Below, one piece after another: positions 49,101-61,058 of a DNA stretch of 64,000 bases. The notes under the pieces are model-generated. The model saw nothing but the letters and a program-made list of their open reading frames with translations, did not search any database and was not told the DNA's origin. Within the stretch, counting starts at the first letter, position 1. Every line of letters begins with the position of its first letter. The stretch is from Takakia lepidozioides (taxonomy: Eukaryota > Plantae > Bryophyta): contig JAKLZA010000009.1 of the NCBI GenBank assembly GCA_030704615.1, positions 1-64,000 of the forward strand, written 5' to 3'. A program made the position numbers and the translations under genes.

Positions 49101-52035
49101 AATGAATCCACCCCCTACTAGAGTAGAAGCCCCAAACGAAGCGTGGGGAAGTACCTGAAACCACCATGTCATGCGGTTCATCCACATGTCGAATGTGGGG
49201 TCAGAGAGTTTGTCCGGTTTGGGGAAGCTCCACATGTCCCTGGTACTTAGGGAACCATTCCAGATTTGGAGCCACCGGGTCTGTCCAACCACCCAGCATA
49301 TTCGTAAGCGCCAAACACCACAAAAAGGAGTTGTTGCCACCACAATTTGGTTAAGAATGTATCACCTTTTCTGTTGCATCCACAGAGGATGTGGCTAGAC
49401 GATGGAGCTTCTCCAATGTCATCGTGGGCTTCAGAGCGCGAGAGTAGTGCTTCCCCACCTCCACCAGAAAGTCGGCACCAAGGGCGGGATCAGCTATGGC
49501 CACGTACTTTACCATCCGCGACTTGTGCTTTATGCGGGCCCTCACCTCCGCAGCTTTGACATACGATTCGAGTTCCGGGAGGGTTGGATTCGACTCCTCT
49601 GACTCCATGTAGAACCTCCGCGCATGTGCCAAATCCTGCTGTATTTTCGTCTGTCAAGAATGCGCACATAAGATTAGAGATCCTGCTCAACACAATTTCT
49701 TCTATTGGGGGAGGAGAGACAGATTAGCTCAACAAAACTGTCAGGAGCTTTACCCGAAATATGTAGTCCACCATGGCGTTGACGCTCAGCCTATACCAGG
49801 TTCTGTTTGCCTTTGCCTCCGACTTGCGCAGGAGGTCGGCACTGAGGGAATTGGCAAACTCTTGCACCCCCTGCTTCCCGACATCCTTCACTCGGAAGAG
49901 CATATGGGACAAGTTGGTGGCAATGAAGGCATTCTCAGTCACCCTGTAGTGCCACATTTCCATGAAACAATACTGAAATGGGAATTTCCATCATATATGA
50001 GGATTCGCAATGAAATGACTTCCAAATTCAAAGTCCAAAAGCGAGAGGGGTTGTAGCTTACGAGTTGATGTCGGCCATTGCAGCTTTGAGAAGACTACGA
50101 TCTTTGGGCCCCGCAACCTTCAGCACAACACAATCCACGGTGAAATGCCAATCGAGGTCGTTGGGGTGGGCTTGGGCAATGTGCTCCATCCATGCCAGGA
50201 GGCGATGATTGCCGTCCCACACGTAGAACATCTTACCGGACAAGTGCTGGAAAAGAGGATCACTAGCAATCGATCTCTCGAACTCCTCATTTCGCGTTTG
50301 CCAATGGGGACCCCATTTGTCCACCTCATCGGAAGTGTGGGCACGGGAAGCTCCATGGTCGTTCTCAATGGAAACGTAAAACGCGGCAGACCCCATTCGA
50401 TATCCATCCCGGAAAGAGAATTTCAGCTTGTCGATATCGCCTGGGAGGGCAGGTCTCACCACCTGCAATGACACCAAGCGGCAAAGGGGAATTCGAAGCT
50501 TGGCCGGGTACACCATGCCCCCCAGCACCCTGCCAATGTTGCTGTGGGTTGCCTCCAACATCTTGGCAGCGGCCAACTTCATATCCGCCTCAGACATGAC
50601 GTCTGCTGCAGAGGGGTTTTCCGGCAGCCCACCAGGACCGCCAAATCCAGCCTGTATGCTCCGGGTTTGGGGCCTGGGGATGTCCGGGAGGATGTCATCC
50701 TGGTCAGAAAGCTCCCTGTCGTCCTCCTCAACAGGGTCAGCCACCTGCGAAACCACCTCCAGCACTCTCCCCGTCTCTACTGCCCTCTCCCTGGCTTCAC
50801 CTCGAACTTGCACAATCCGTGCTCTTTCTGGTGTTCTTTCCTCTCCTCCACTCTCCACCGTATGGGTAATTGCAGGGGCTGCTCTTGCCCGCGATGGTCT
50901 AACCGGTGTGTTACTACCTCTTTGTGGTGTCTTGGAGGGATCCACCGTCTCTGTGCGTCCCTTGCTTACATTGGCATCTGTCATTTGGGCACCCCTGGCC
51001 TCTTCAGCTGCCTTTTCTCTTTCCTCCTGGCTAGCATTCTGTCTCGTCTGTTCTTTTGCCCTCTCTTTTGCCCTCTCACGGGCTTTCTGTTTCTTACTAG
51101 GGCTACCAGCAGGGGAGCCCTCCAGGACGACCACCTTTGATTGAGGCGAACTGACACCCTCGCGCGCACTGCTCACTCCCCCCTCCGCAGCCCGTGACGG
51201 CTCTCTCGCCGGGGATTGCATGTGCTTAGCTTTCTTCTTTTTCTTTGCGTGGGCGGGCCCTACTGCATGTGCATGAACAACCTCCATTGCCGGATCTGCT
51301 CTCCTCATGTCCTCACGCCCTTCACCTGCCATGCCACCTGCACCAACCTCCCCAATGCCTATTCTGTCGTACTCTCGTTGCAAGTCCTCCCATCCACCAA
51401 CAAAAGGTTTAAGTTTGCCCTCTCGCCCCAAGTTGGGCGATTCAAACATGCGATGAGTTGGAGCTGTCGATGATACCACCAGCGTGCCGGGCTCGTCGTC
51501 ACTCTGTCATTGACAAAAATCGTGAAAACCAACATCGGTGCAAAAACCAGCATCGCAACGAGCAGCGCAACCACCATAGCAACAATCGTGTAGCAAAAAT
51601 GAAAACATAACAAGTTTAGGAAGTATGGAGAGCCATGCAACAACAATGAAAACAAATGCAACCATTGCCTGATAATGACATGCACAAGCAGCCTTCTCCA
51701 GAGCTGCCGGATTTGCACACGCATTGCAAACAATCTAAGGTTCACTCAACTATCTAAAGTTCATCCAGCGAAGCCAGGATGAAGATGCAAAAACAAAGCG
51801 AGGTAACAAAGCGAAAGCAAAAAAGAAATCGAACAAACCAAAAGCAGAAGTGGCTTGCCTGAGAGTACTCGGCTTCAGTTGGCGCGGGTTGTGAGCAAGA
51901 CACTGGAATCTGTTGCTGGAGCTTCAGTTTGGCCATGCGAGAGATTGGCCGTCGTCCGTAGTACAGAGCTTTCAACTTCCGCCGCGGTCTGGATGTGAGG
52001 TCTCTCTCAGGAGAGCCACGCCCTTCAGGCGGCAT
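46136..52035 (-). pseudogene. Spliced gene C: ParB/Srx-like plus beta-class MTase-like protein (most complete copy; few lesions)
   Basis: Exon 1 MPPEG...RRKLKALYYGRRP...EYSQ; 473-aa ORF with MFYVWDGNHRLLAW; CNMILLDIPDG (~47600-47630); PWRYSRTRSPAFIQTLMETCSDVQGRILDLTCGTG; GASMWAGTLSDRHVFAFEPD. Exon structure is colinear with gene A. Stop near 49044 and frameshift near 47640. Confidence 0.85.
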
Positions 52036-52229
52036 AAGTCCCAGCCAAAAAGATCTCCGTTTTTGGGGTACATGCCTCGAATAGCATGTTAAGCCAAGAT
52101 TAGCATGAGATTTAGGGTACGTATCCAGGAAGCCATGTGTCGCCAGCCCGAATGAGAACCGACGGCGGTGGACATTTATTGCCCAACTGCGCAATTAAAT
52201 GTCGGATGAAGCCCTCCATGTCGGATGAA

Positions 52230-52813
52230 AATCGACGTAAAGAGGCCCGGAATTTCCAACGTAGACGTAATTCGGAGCGCTGCACGATGGAATTCCGGCG
52301 CCGGATTTCCATCCTGCAAGTAATTCGGAGCGCAGCAGGATGGAAATTCAGCGCCGAATTTCCATCCAGCAAGGTAGGGCGGCGCTGGAAATTTCCCTCA
52401 CGCAGGTAATTCAGAAGCGGATGGATGGAAATCCGGCGCCGGATTTCCATCCGCGCAGGTAGGGCGGCGCTGGAAATTTCCCTCACGCAAGTAATTCAGA
52501 AGCGGATGGATGGAAATCCGGCGCCGGATTTCCATCCGCGCAGGTAGGGCGGCGCTGGAAATTTCCCTCACGCAAGTAATTCAGAAGCGGATGGATGGAA
52601 ATCCGGCGCCGGATTTCCATCCGCAAGGTTGGGCGGAGAGCGGAGGGATGGAGATCCGGCGCCGAATTTTCATCTAGCAGGTAAGTGCAATCCCGGATGG
52701 ATGGAAATCCGGCGCCGAATTTTCATCCAGCAGGTAAGTGCAATCCCGGATGGATGGAAATCCGGCGCCGGATTTCCATCCAGCAGGTAAGTGGAATCCC
52801 GGATGGATGGAAA
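52230..52813. repeat. Upstream array of C-type palindromes GGATGGAAATCCGGCGCCGGATTTCCATCC (53- and 85-bp units)
   Basis: Core starts at 52290, 52343, 52428, 52513, 52598, 52651, 52704, 52757 and 52810 (truncated). Confidence 0.93.
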
Positions 52814-52818
52814 AGGAC

Positions 52819-53437
52819 TGTTGCAGGGTACAAGGTAGCAGATGAAGATCATTCGAAAAGAGACGATTCACTTTGAAGTTAAGTTTTACTTTCAAGTTTG
52901 AGAGAGATGATGGAGACTAAGCAGAAGAAACATGGATTATACTGAGTAGGTTTAGTAAAGTGATTAGTGAGATGCGTGTACAGTGTACAGATCATGTTGA
53001 TACCAAGCGGCCTTCATAGTAAGCCTGTGATATAAAGGAGATAGACTGGATTTACGAGGAAGAGCATATACAGTTGAAACCAACGATTAAGAGAGTAACA
53101 CTGGAAAACGTTTGAGCTGCAACAAGTGTAGAGAGAACGATCATTATGAGAGATGATGCCAGGATACCATGAAGTTGTCACGAGATAGTCACAGATAGAG
53201 AGAAGGTGCACATAAGAGAGACAAGATGAGGGTAGTTGGGCTGGATCGCAAGTAGAACTGATCCGGACAAGCCCTGTAAACGCCAGATCGAGAGGAAAGG
53301 TGGAGATATAAAGCCGGGTAGTATGTATTGAGGGATGGATCGCACAAGTAAACAAAGTAGCCAAGGATCACTGCCATGAAGGATGCACGGAATGTGAGTT
53401 AAGTGACTACCCGTGCACATGGCGAACGAAGGCAGAC
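52819..53437 (+). mobile_element. Probable LTR (52819-53419, TGTTGCA...TGCACA) followed by a PBS-like TGGCGAACGAAGGCAG
   Basis: TG...CA termini with short inverted ends, immediately followed by TGGCG; interrupts the C array. No second copy in the window. Confidence 0.55.
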
Positions 53438-53799
53438 GCCCTGGGCATTTGCAGGATTGGGTGGATCAAAAGCGGCACATGTTGAGTCCACCGGAAGTCC
53501 ATGGAATTTTATTTTTTTGTTGAGTCTATTGCTTTCAGTTTTTTTTTAAAGATAGATAGTAGTATACATAACATTTTTAGTAAAGAGTCCCTTGTCAGAT
53601 ATTAAAAACATTCTTTACTAGATATTTTAATTTTTAATTTGAAAAAACATTTAGACGTCAAAATCTAGAGTTTACAACCACTTGTCCATATACCACATGG
53701 CACCTCTAGATTATAGGTTTGTATGCTTTTTTTAGTAAAAAATGACACCTCAAAAACCCAAAACATAAGATGTTATGGACAACGTTTTTATGTGCAAAA

Positions 53800-55620
53800 T
53801 AGTCTATAGTAGTACAGGCCACAGCAGGGCCATCTACTCAAGAGGTAAACCCCGTAAGTGTTCTGGTGGCATCAACTTTGGTAGCAGTGGATGATTTCCA
53901 AATCATGCCATGCAAGCAGGATGGGGAGTGACTAAAGTATTCAGAGGAATATTTTAAAATGATGGTAGTCCCAGCCCACCAAATCCCAGAAATACTAGAA
54001 AAGGTATTCAAAACCTTAACCTCCTGTAGGTCATTGGGTCAATTGCATCTGCTCAATCAAACTCTCATACCTTTGAGATACAGGATGAGGCCACTGGCTA
54101 GGGAGGAGACATGGTCAGGGTCAGACTTGGTTGAATTCTAGCGCCAGGCTCCCCTGGAGTACAAGGAGCTGGTAGCTTACATGTGGGCAGTGGGGCAATT
54201 AAAGATTAATCCTACCCTGGCAGTAGACATTGTAATGGGCTGCCCAAGTTTCTATATTGGCAGTTACTTGTACCGGATGTTCGTGACAATGAGGGGAAGC
54301 TGGCAGCGCTATGAGAGTATTGAAAAAGATACTCACTGGGAATTACCCAAATTCCAGCCACCAGAGAGAGTCGCAGGCACTTCAGCATATATGAACAGAC
54401 CACTATATGCTGAAGCATGGCGCCAGGCGAAAGACCACTTTTCACCATTGGTCTTGGACAAAGACCACCCTTTCAGAGAAACAGGGACGCGAGCTGTTAA
54501 CTAGTTAATGGGCAGCAGGGCGACTAAAAGCATTATACCCTGGACCAAGGAGGAGCTGCACACCTACTGAGAAATCTTGACCACCAAAATCGACATGATA
54601 CGTGGGGACGGAATAGCAGAACACCCTGATGACGAAAGCTGGCCCACTCACGAACCACAGGAGCAACCAGACAGTGATGACAATAGAAACAAGAAGCTGC
54701 CACCACGACAATCCTGGGACACACTTCCTACCCAGCAGACAGGCATGCCACCACCCTACATCCCCAAGAGATACAACAAGCACAAGAACTGACGAAATTG
54801 TGCGGACACAATTTCAAAAGAGGGGGGGAATAAATGATAACGGCTAAGCTAGGGGGGCCAGACAGCGAGGGTCACGACGGGACATACCGGGTGGTGATTG
54901 GTGTACATTACCTGGTCACGGGCAAAAAAGGCTAAGTACGCGATATTTAGCAAACGGCGGAACAAGGGTACATTACCCTGGGAGCAGTAGTGTGGGTAGT
55001 GTAGCAACCGTGGGCCGTGAACCACGATATCACACGGCCACGTTAGCATCGGCTTTTACTAATAGATGAAGTAGTGGACCGTGTACCACTATGGCACACG
55101 ACCACTACAACGAGCCACTTTTTTAGCAAACCCTTTAGGTTGCGTAGGCAGTTAGGCAAACGGTCATTAACGACTGCAGGCTGTAACATCTCTTTCGAGC
55201 ATAGTATAAAAGGGCTGCACGCAATTTAGAAGGTATCAATGATCAGTGTGTATTCAGTGGACTCAGAGTGATTCGATGTAGACTTATGCTATGATGTGAT
55301 GAACTCTAAAGTAAAGCCATGCTATTCGAAGTATCTCTGTGTAGAGTGAACGTGAGATGGAGAGAATGTGCATTATGAGAGAACATGAGATGGTGAGAAT
55401 GTGTATCATCTCAAAATAGCTCTTGTTTTGTCTTGACTACCATCTGATTGTATGAACAAAGAGGCTTCAGTCTTTCCAACTAAGCTCTTTTGGCCAATGA
55501 GACTGTAGGTTGGGCTTAATCAATAAGATTAAGCAATCTGTAGAGATATTGGTTCATACGACGGCCACGGTTTAGCTATCTTTAAAACGATTACTTTGTA
55601 ATCGTTTCTGCAAGCATACC
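53800..55620 (+). mobile_element. Decayed 3' end of another Gypsy-like element (3' ORF remnant, PPT, probable LTR from ~54834)
   Basis: ORF remnant with AVDIVMGC resembles IASIVMGC in the 3' ORF near 22500; purine tract AAAAGAGGGGGGGAA precedes TGATAAC. Right boundary uncertain. Confidence 0.45.
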
Positions 55621-55681
55621 ATCGGACAACCTCTGTTGCATGTCTTTGGAGATGGGCAGTAGTGCTGAGAGCCTGTTTTGT

Positions 55682-56630
55682 CTAAGTCATAAACCAGCGG
55701 TTAACATGTGCCATTAACCGATTCAGCTGTTCCAAGACTGCATCTTCATCGTCACACATAATCTCAAGCAGATTGTTAGAAGGTAATGCATTTGCACCTT
55801 GTTCATTTTTCAACCTACAGTCTGGTTCAAAATGCCCTAGAACCTTGCAAAAGGTACATCTGATTCCACAAGTTTCTGTCCGGTGACCATAGTGATTGCA
55901 TTTTGCACATTTCACTGGAGTCTTCTATGTTGGACAATATGCAGCCACATGACCCTGCTGGCAGAGGTTACACATCCGAATTCCACGAACTGGAGTTTGA
56001 CTACCAGAACCTGCCGTGTATACATTCTTCTTTTCAAAATACTTACTTAGTGTTAGATTCAAAGCATCTAGGTGCTGATCAACCTGCCCAGTCACCAAAA
56101 CCTCTCCTACATCTTCCCCGTCCAAAGGTTCGAAGGGTGTTTCTCCAATCTTGGATAATCCTCTCTCCACATCCATGGCGGTTTCCATTGCTTCATCAAT
56201 ACTCTGAAATCGGGTTCCTAGCATCAGCTTCATTATCTCATGCCTAAGACCCCCCATAAACCTTCGACGTTGTTCTAACTTAGGAATTTGCCCTTTGACA
56301 AACAACCAATTAAGTCGGTCAAAGTAAGCCTGAACCCTTTGTTGTGGTTCCTGCTTCACTTCGTCCAGCTTCATCTTTAATCCGCCATATCCACATGCCC
56401 AAACTTTGCCAACATGGCCACTTGTAAATTCTCCCAATCTATTGGTTCGGGTTTTGACGCCTATACCAGTCATCAGCTTTACCTTTGAGGTTTAATCTTC
56501 CCACCTTGAATATCTTGTCATCTGATAAATCTCTTACATCTCCCGCCATTTGCAATTTTTTGATCCAATCAACCACATCCTCTGATTCCCTACCATAATA
56601 GGGTGCATCTACCCCTGACGGGCTAGCCAT
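55682..56630 (-). pseudogene. Retrotransposon Gag remnant with CCHC zinc knuckles
   Basis: CNLCQQGHVAAYC, CAKCNHYGHRTETC, CTFCKVLGHFEPDC; LKGKADDWY and RRFMGGLR gag-like motifs; frameshifted. Confidence 0.75.
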
Positions 56631-59600
56631 TTAGTTACGTTGCTTTTCTTCGGTTTTTTCTTCAAATTGACAACAACACTATTCTATCTTACTCTTCTAT
56701 GTCCTAATTTCTAGTACTTGTACTCCAGACTCCGTTCTGAAGCACTTCATCCCGTCCGCTTACTACTACTCACTACAACAGATTGCGGCTTTTATGACTC
56801 CCATGGGTGCGCAGTCACGACAGATTTGTGGCAGAAATGCCATTTGCAGTCGTAAATGCCTTTGAAGTCATAACATAGATCACGACGAAGCCGTTTATGC
56901 GACTATATGACTCCGAACTAGTTTGACCAGGAATATTGCCATGGTGGATATGACTACCAGTCGGGGTCATGCCCATACTAGAATGACGTGCACATATTGC
57001 TAGACGGACATATGACTTCATGACTGCCACTCTAATGCATTCTGCCAGATCATCACATGGTGAGTCTCTGACATGGAACAACTTATGAGGTGTCTACATA
57101 TGATTGGTTAAGTGGTTTTGATATTGTGGTGCGGGGGATGCAAGTGAAGGGAACGGTTGCACACGAAGCAGATTAGTAGGCCGTTTGCGCTTTGTGGAGA
57201 AGAATGGAACGTGAAGCCCACATGCTAGAGAGGCGATCCAGAACCTCACTCTGTTTGTGACGTTACGTTTAAATGGTGGCGTGCATTTCAGTGTTTGGCG
57301 GTCGCGGACAACATCAAAAGCAAGCCTCATACTGCGGAATGACAGACGGACAAAATGATGCATTCAGGGGATAGACAAATTCATGCAAATCATTGAATTC
57401 ACTCATGAGAGTGATGCAAAACATTGCTCAACAAAAGTCTCTGAGCAGTGACCAAGAACACCAACAAAATATGAAATCCAGTACACTCTAACATATCGCC
57501 CTGTGCATGCCGTCCCTGTAGCAGGCCGTCCCTGCGCTTGACGCCGTGTGGTAGTGGAATAGAAGCTTGGCAATACGATCTGTTCATATCCACCCAATCG
57601 CACGCTAGAACATGGCCCAGCTGAAAACAAAGATCCAGGTTACGAAGCTGCGAGTAGCATTATGAGGTTGCAGACAAAGTTCAGACACAAAATGGAAGTG
57701 CAAAGGAGATGCACGATTATCATAGGTTGAAACCAATAGGACATGGGAGCTTGAGGAGATGGTACCAAGCAGAATAACCGTAGAGATGCGGGTACTTCTG
57801 CCCACAGGCAGCGAGTTTCTTGCTGTAAGCGGAAAGACAGAAAAATGAGGGACGGCCTCCCTCCTATGGATCCCGCTCTCTCCCAACCAACAAAGGACGA
57901 CTATATAGGCCTCTTCGGCATGCCGGCTGATGCGCAGTGCTTCAGCTTGCAGTGCAGCATCACGAAGCTTGTGCTTTCGTTGAATTTCAGCCATGCTCCG
58001 ATGCCATGAAGCAGTGTGGAGAGTTTGACGTCGACGGCGCATGAGGACGCTCTTGGAATGCATAACAATGGTGTTGAAAGAAAACAACGCTTGTGGAAAG
58101 AGAGCAGGAGAGAGGAAGAGACGAACTTGCGAGTATAAGAATTGGAGGGAAGGGCAGACATATACCCCTATCTCCCGCCATCCTAAGAACCAAGCAACGG
58201 AACGGGGCGAAGTTGCGAGGCTGGGGAGTGCATGGCGCATCAGTCCGAGAGCAAATTCCTAGAACACAAATCGTAATTTCATGTCAGGTGAGGGGAGGCA
58301 GGGAAGTACTAGTCTTGTTGTCAATTACTCTTGCGAAGGTGAGCCTCATAGCAGAAGGCCGGGTTCCTCTCAATCGTATATGTCATACATTCCAGGGAGA
58401 TCTCTTGAAAACAAAATTAAGCTTGCAGATTTTCGTGTATCGATGCTAGGTTCCACAGTGAACATTGACATATAACCATTTACACATGGAGCCGGTGGTG
58501 GTGGGGCTGCTCTACCAGTACAAACTGGTCGAAGGCTACAGTACGTGTCGTGCTATTGCAATTGCCATACATTCCATTGGGTTTGATTGATAAAATAATA
58601 TTAAGTTTGCCATGGGGGGTGTTCTAAGAATGGGAGAGCCCATGAATTCAGCTTCTTCTATAATAAAACAACTGAGATAACAGCTCATGTTGTTCTCTCT
58701 AATGTACATATCCCCAATGACCTGCCCCAAGCTAGAACAGCAGCAGGATGACATCAGTGAATAATGATGTGGTGCAAGGCATGGAACACCTGCAGGGCAG
58801 CAGCATTGTATTGTTGAATGTACTACACCCTGCTTGAGCCATTCACAGATGGGGGACTCTACAAGTGAGTCACATGGTGTTATATCAGGGGCATGAGAGA
58901 AACTGCCCATAAAATGTATCTACGCAAAGAAACCATTCAACCAGCCAAAGCATCATCTACGCGGATTGCCGGATTCTTTTGGGGAAAAATGCAAACATGA
59001 AAAGTAAGGACCAAGCGTAAAAGCACTCCACTGGTATTCAATGGTCCATAAACACAAGCCTGCCCAATATAAGACCCACAAAATCACTGGGGCAATTATG
59101 TAATGTAAACTGGAAGGCACATGCACTTTGTCATTGTTCCATTCTGTCAACAATGTACCCAAAGGCAGAACTGATGTGTAAATCTGCATGCCATACAAAA
59201 GTCTATAGTGACATAAATGTCATGTCACGTTGCCAGACAGACACGCCATGTAAGTTGGACACCTCCAACACCCTGCAAAAAGGACACCCCCAAGGGCAAC
59301 CCTTAGTGCCAGTCTTACGAAGCCCACATTATTCATGAATCAACCGGGATTACATGTTGAATTTTGCCCATTAGCACCCTTCATATACTTGAGATAGAGA
59401 AAGCCAGTTGGGGGGAAAAGTCATACCTCATTCCAGGTACTAGTACATGTCCACATCTGTTAGAGGACTGTAGGGGACTTAGACACTTATACGGGATCTG
59501 TAGGGTACCCTTAATTTTTGCACAGACTGAGACAAATAGGAACCTTAGGGGTGACAGCAGCGCACTGTAGAGGGGGGTTACATAGCCCACACAGCCGACA

Positions 59601-60341
59601 CAGCAGTCACAGCCCACACAGCCGTCACAGCCCACACAGCCAACACAGCCCGTCACAGCCCACACAGCCGACACAGCAGTCACAGCCCACACAGCCAACA
59701 CAGCCCGACACAGTCGTCACAGCAGACACAGCCCACACAGCCAGTCACAGCCCGGCACAGCCACACAGCCAGTCACAGCCCGACACAGCCAAACACAGCC
59801 AGTCACCGCTTGACACAGCTGTCACGATAATAGGGAACGAAGAGTAGGACAGGGAACGACTGTGGGGAACAACACCAGTGAAGGGAACATGTTAGTTCAC
59901 ATACGACGGTTAGAGAGGGAAACGGTTAGAACCGCGGATAGGAGGATAAAGGGAAGAACGGGGAATGATGAGGGGATCATTATTATCATTATTCGGGAAG
60001 GACTTCGGAGTCAGGCGGGAGCGGAAGTCGGTGAGCACGATGAAGGAGGAAAGAGGATTAATAGATGCTTGTTATATGCAAAGCTGTAGGGATATTGTAG
60101 AGGAGAATAGAGACACAATGGCTTCGGCCTGATACCTGATAAATCATAATCTGATACTTATACGATACAATCACACTGTGTAGAGAGATCTGAGTGAAGC
60201 TGTGGATTGAATGGAGGAGTGAAGGAAACCGATAAATTGATGAAGCAAACTGATACTTAATTATCAATGGTAAGGTAGCTAAGATGAATGCGGAAAAGGA
60301 AACAAATAGGAAACACCCCCATGATACACTAGCTGTAGGTC

Positions 60342-61037
60342 ATGACTGATTGTTCTGCGCGGGCTGAGTACTTAGAGATTTCCAACTCTTCTATCTTGGA
60401 GTTTCCGCCTCGGATAGCGAAGGGATGGGTGAGTAAAAGCCGCGCGACATTTGGCGACCATACTGGGGACCTGGGACATGAACAACCAGATGTGACAGGC
60501 ATCTGGTGGGATCATGGTGGTTGGACCATTAAAGAATTTGAAGTGAATCAAATTCCCTGTGGAACGAAGGAAGAAAGATTGTCCAAACAATTCTTTCAAA
60601 GGTTCTTGGAATTGCCAGACGGATGTAAAGAAAATATTCTTAAACGAGTGCATGATGCTGATCCAGAATGGGGTCTGGAGAAAGGAGTGATAAAGATTTA
60701 TCAGGTAGCCTGTAGAGGAAGAGCACGTTGGTTACCAACATTAGTTTATGTGATAGCGTTGCTATCCATTAAACGAGTAGAGTTTGAAGGCTGGGAAGAA
60801 AGAAAGGTGAATGTTTATACTCATATGCATGAAGAGCTTGTACTGGTAAAGAATTGGATTCCAAAGGATATTTTGTGGATCAAACTCACACCAAGAACAG
60901 CTTTTCAGACTTGTTTGCCATATGGTTATATGGTAACGGAGACTTCAAGTATAGCCAAGGGTGCATTGAAGCTTGAAAGAAATCCAGGCATATACGAGAG
61001 ATATTACAGAAGAGAGTTTTGGTTATTGCCACATTAA
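60342..61037 (+). CDS. 231-aa extra ORF upstream of gag (copy 2)
   Basis: Same ORF as 11729-12424. Confidence 0.55.
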   Translation: MTDCSARAEYLEISNSSILEFPPRIAKGWVSKSRATFGDHTGDLGHEQPDVTGIWWDHGGWTIKEFEVNQIPCGTKEERLSKQFFQRFLELPDGCKENILKRVHDADPEWGLEKGVIKIYQVACRGRARWLPTLVYVIALLSIKRVEFEGWEERKVNVYTHMHEELVLVKNWIPKDILWIKLTPRTAFQTCLPYGYMVTETSSIAKGALKLERNPGIYERYYRREFWLLPH

Positions 61038-61058
61038 AAGAAATGAAAGACATGGGAC

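Larger units (their letters stand above)
45907..52813 (-). mobile_element. Element C: transposase-less derivative carrying a full-length ParB-MTase-like gene; far end interrupted by an LTR
   Basis: Terminus at 45907, gene 46136-52035 on the minus strand, palindrome array 52230-52813 cut at an LTR starting 52819. Confidence 0.75.

Noticed and set aside
56800-59450. Possible host gene fragments (e.g. ORFs 57605-58240 and 58536-58910, minus strand)
   Set aside because: No recognisable domain or consistent exon chain could be supported by eye; needs a BLASTX search.
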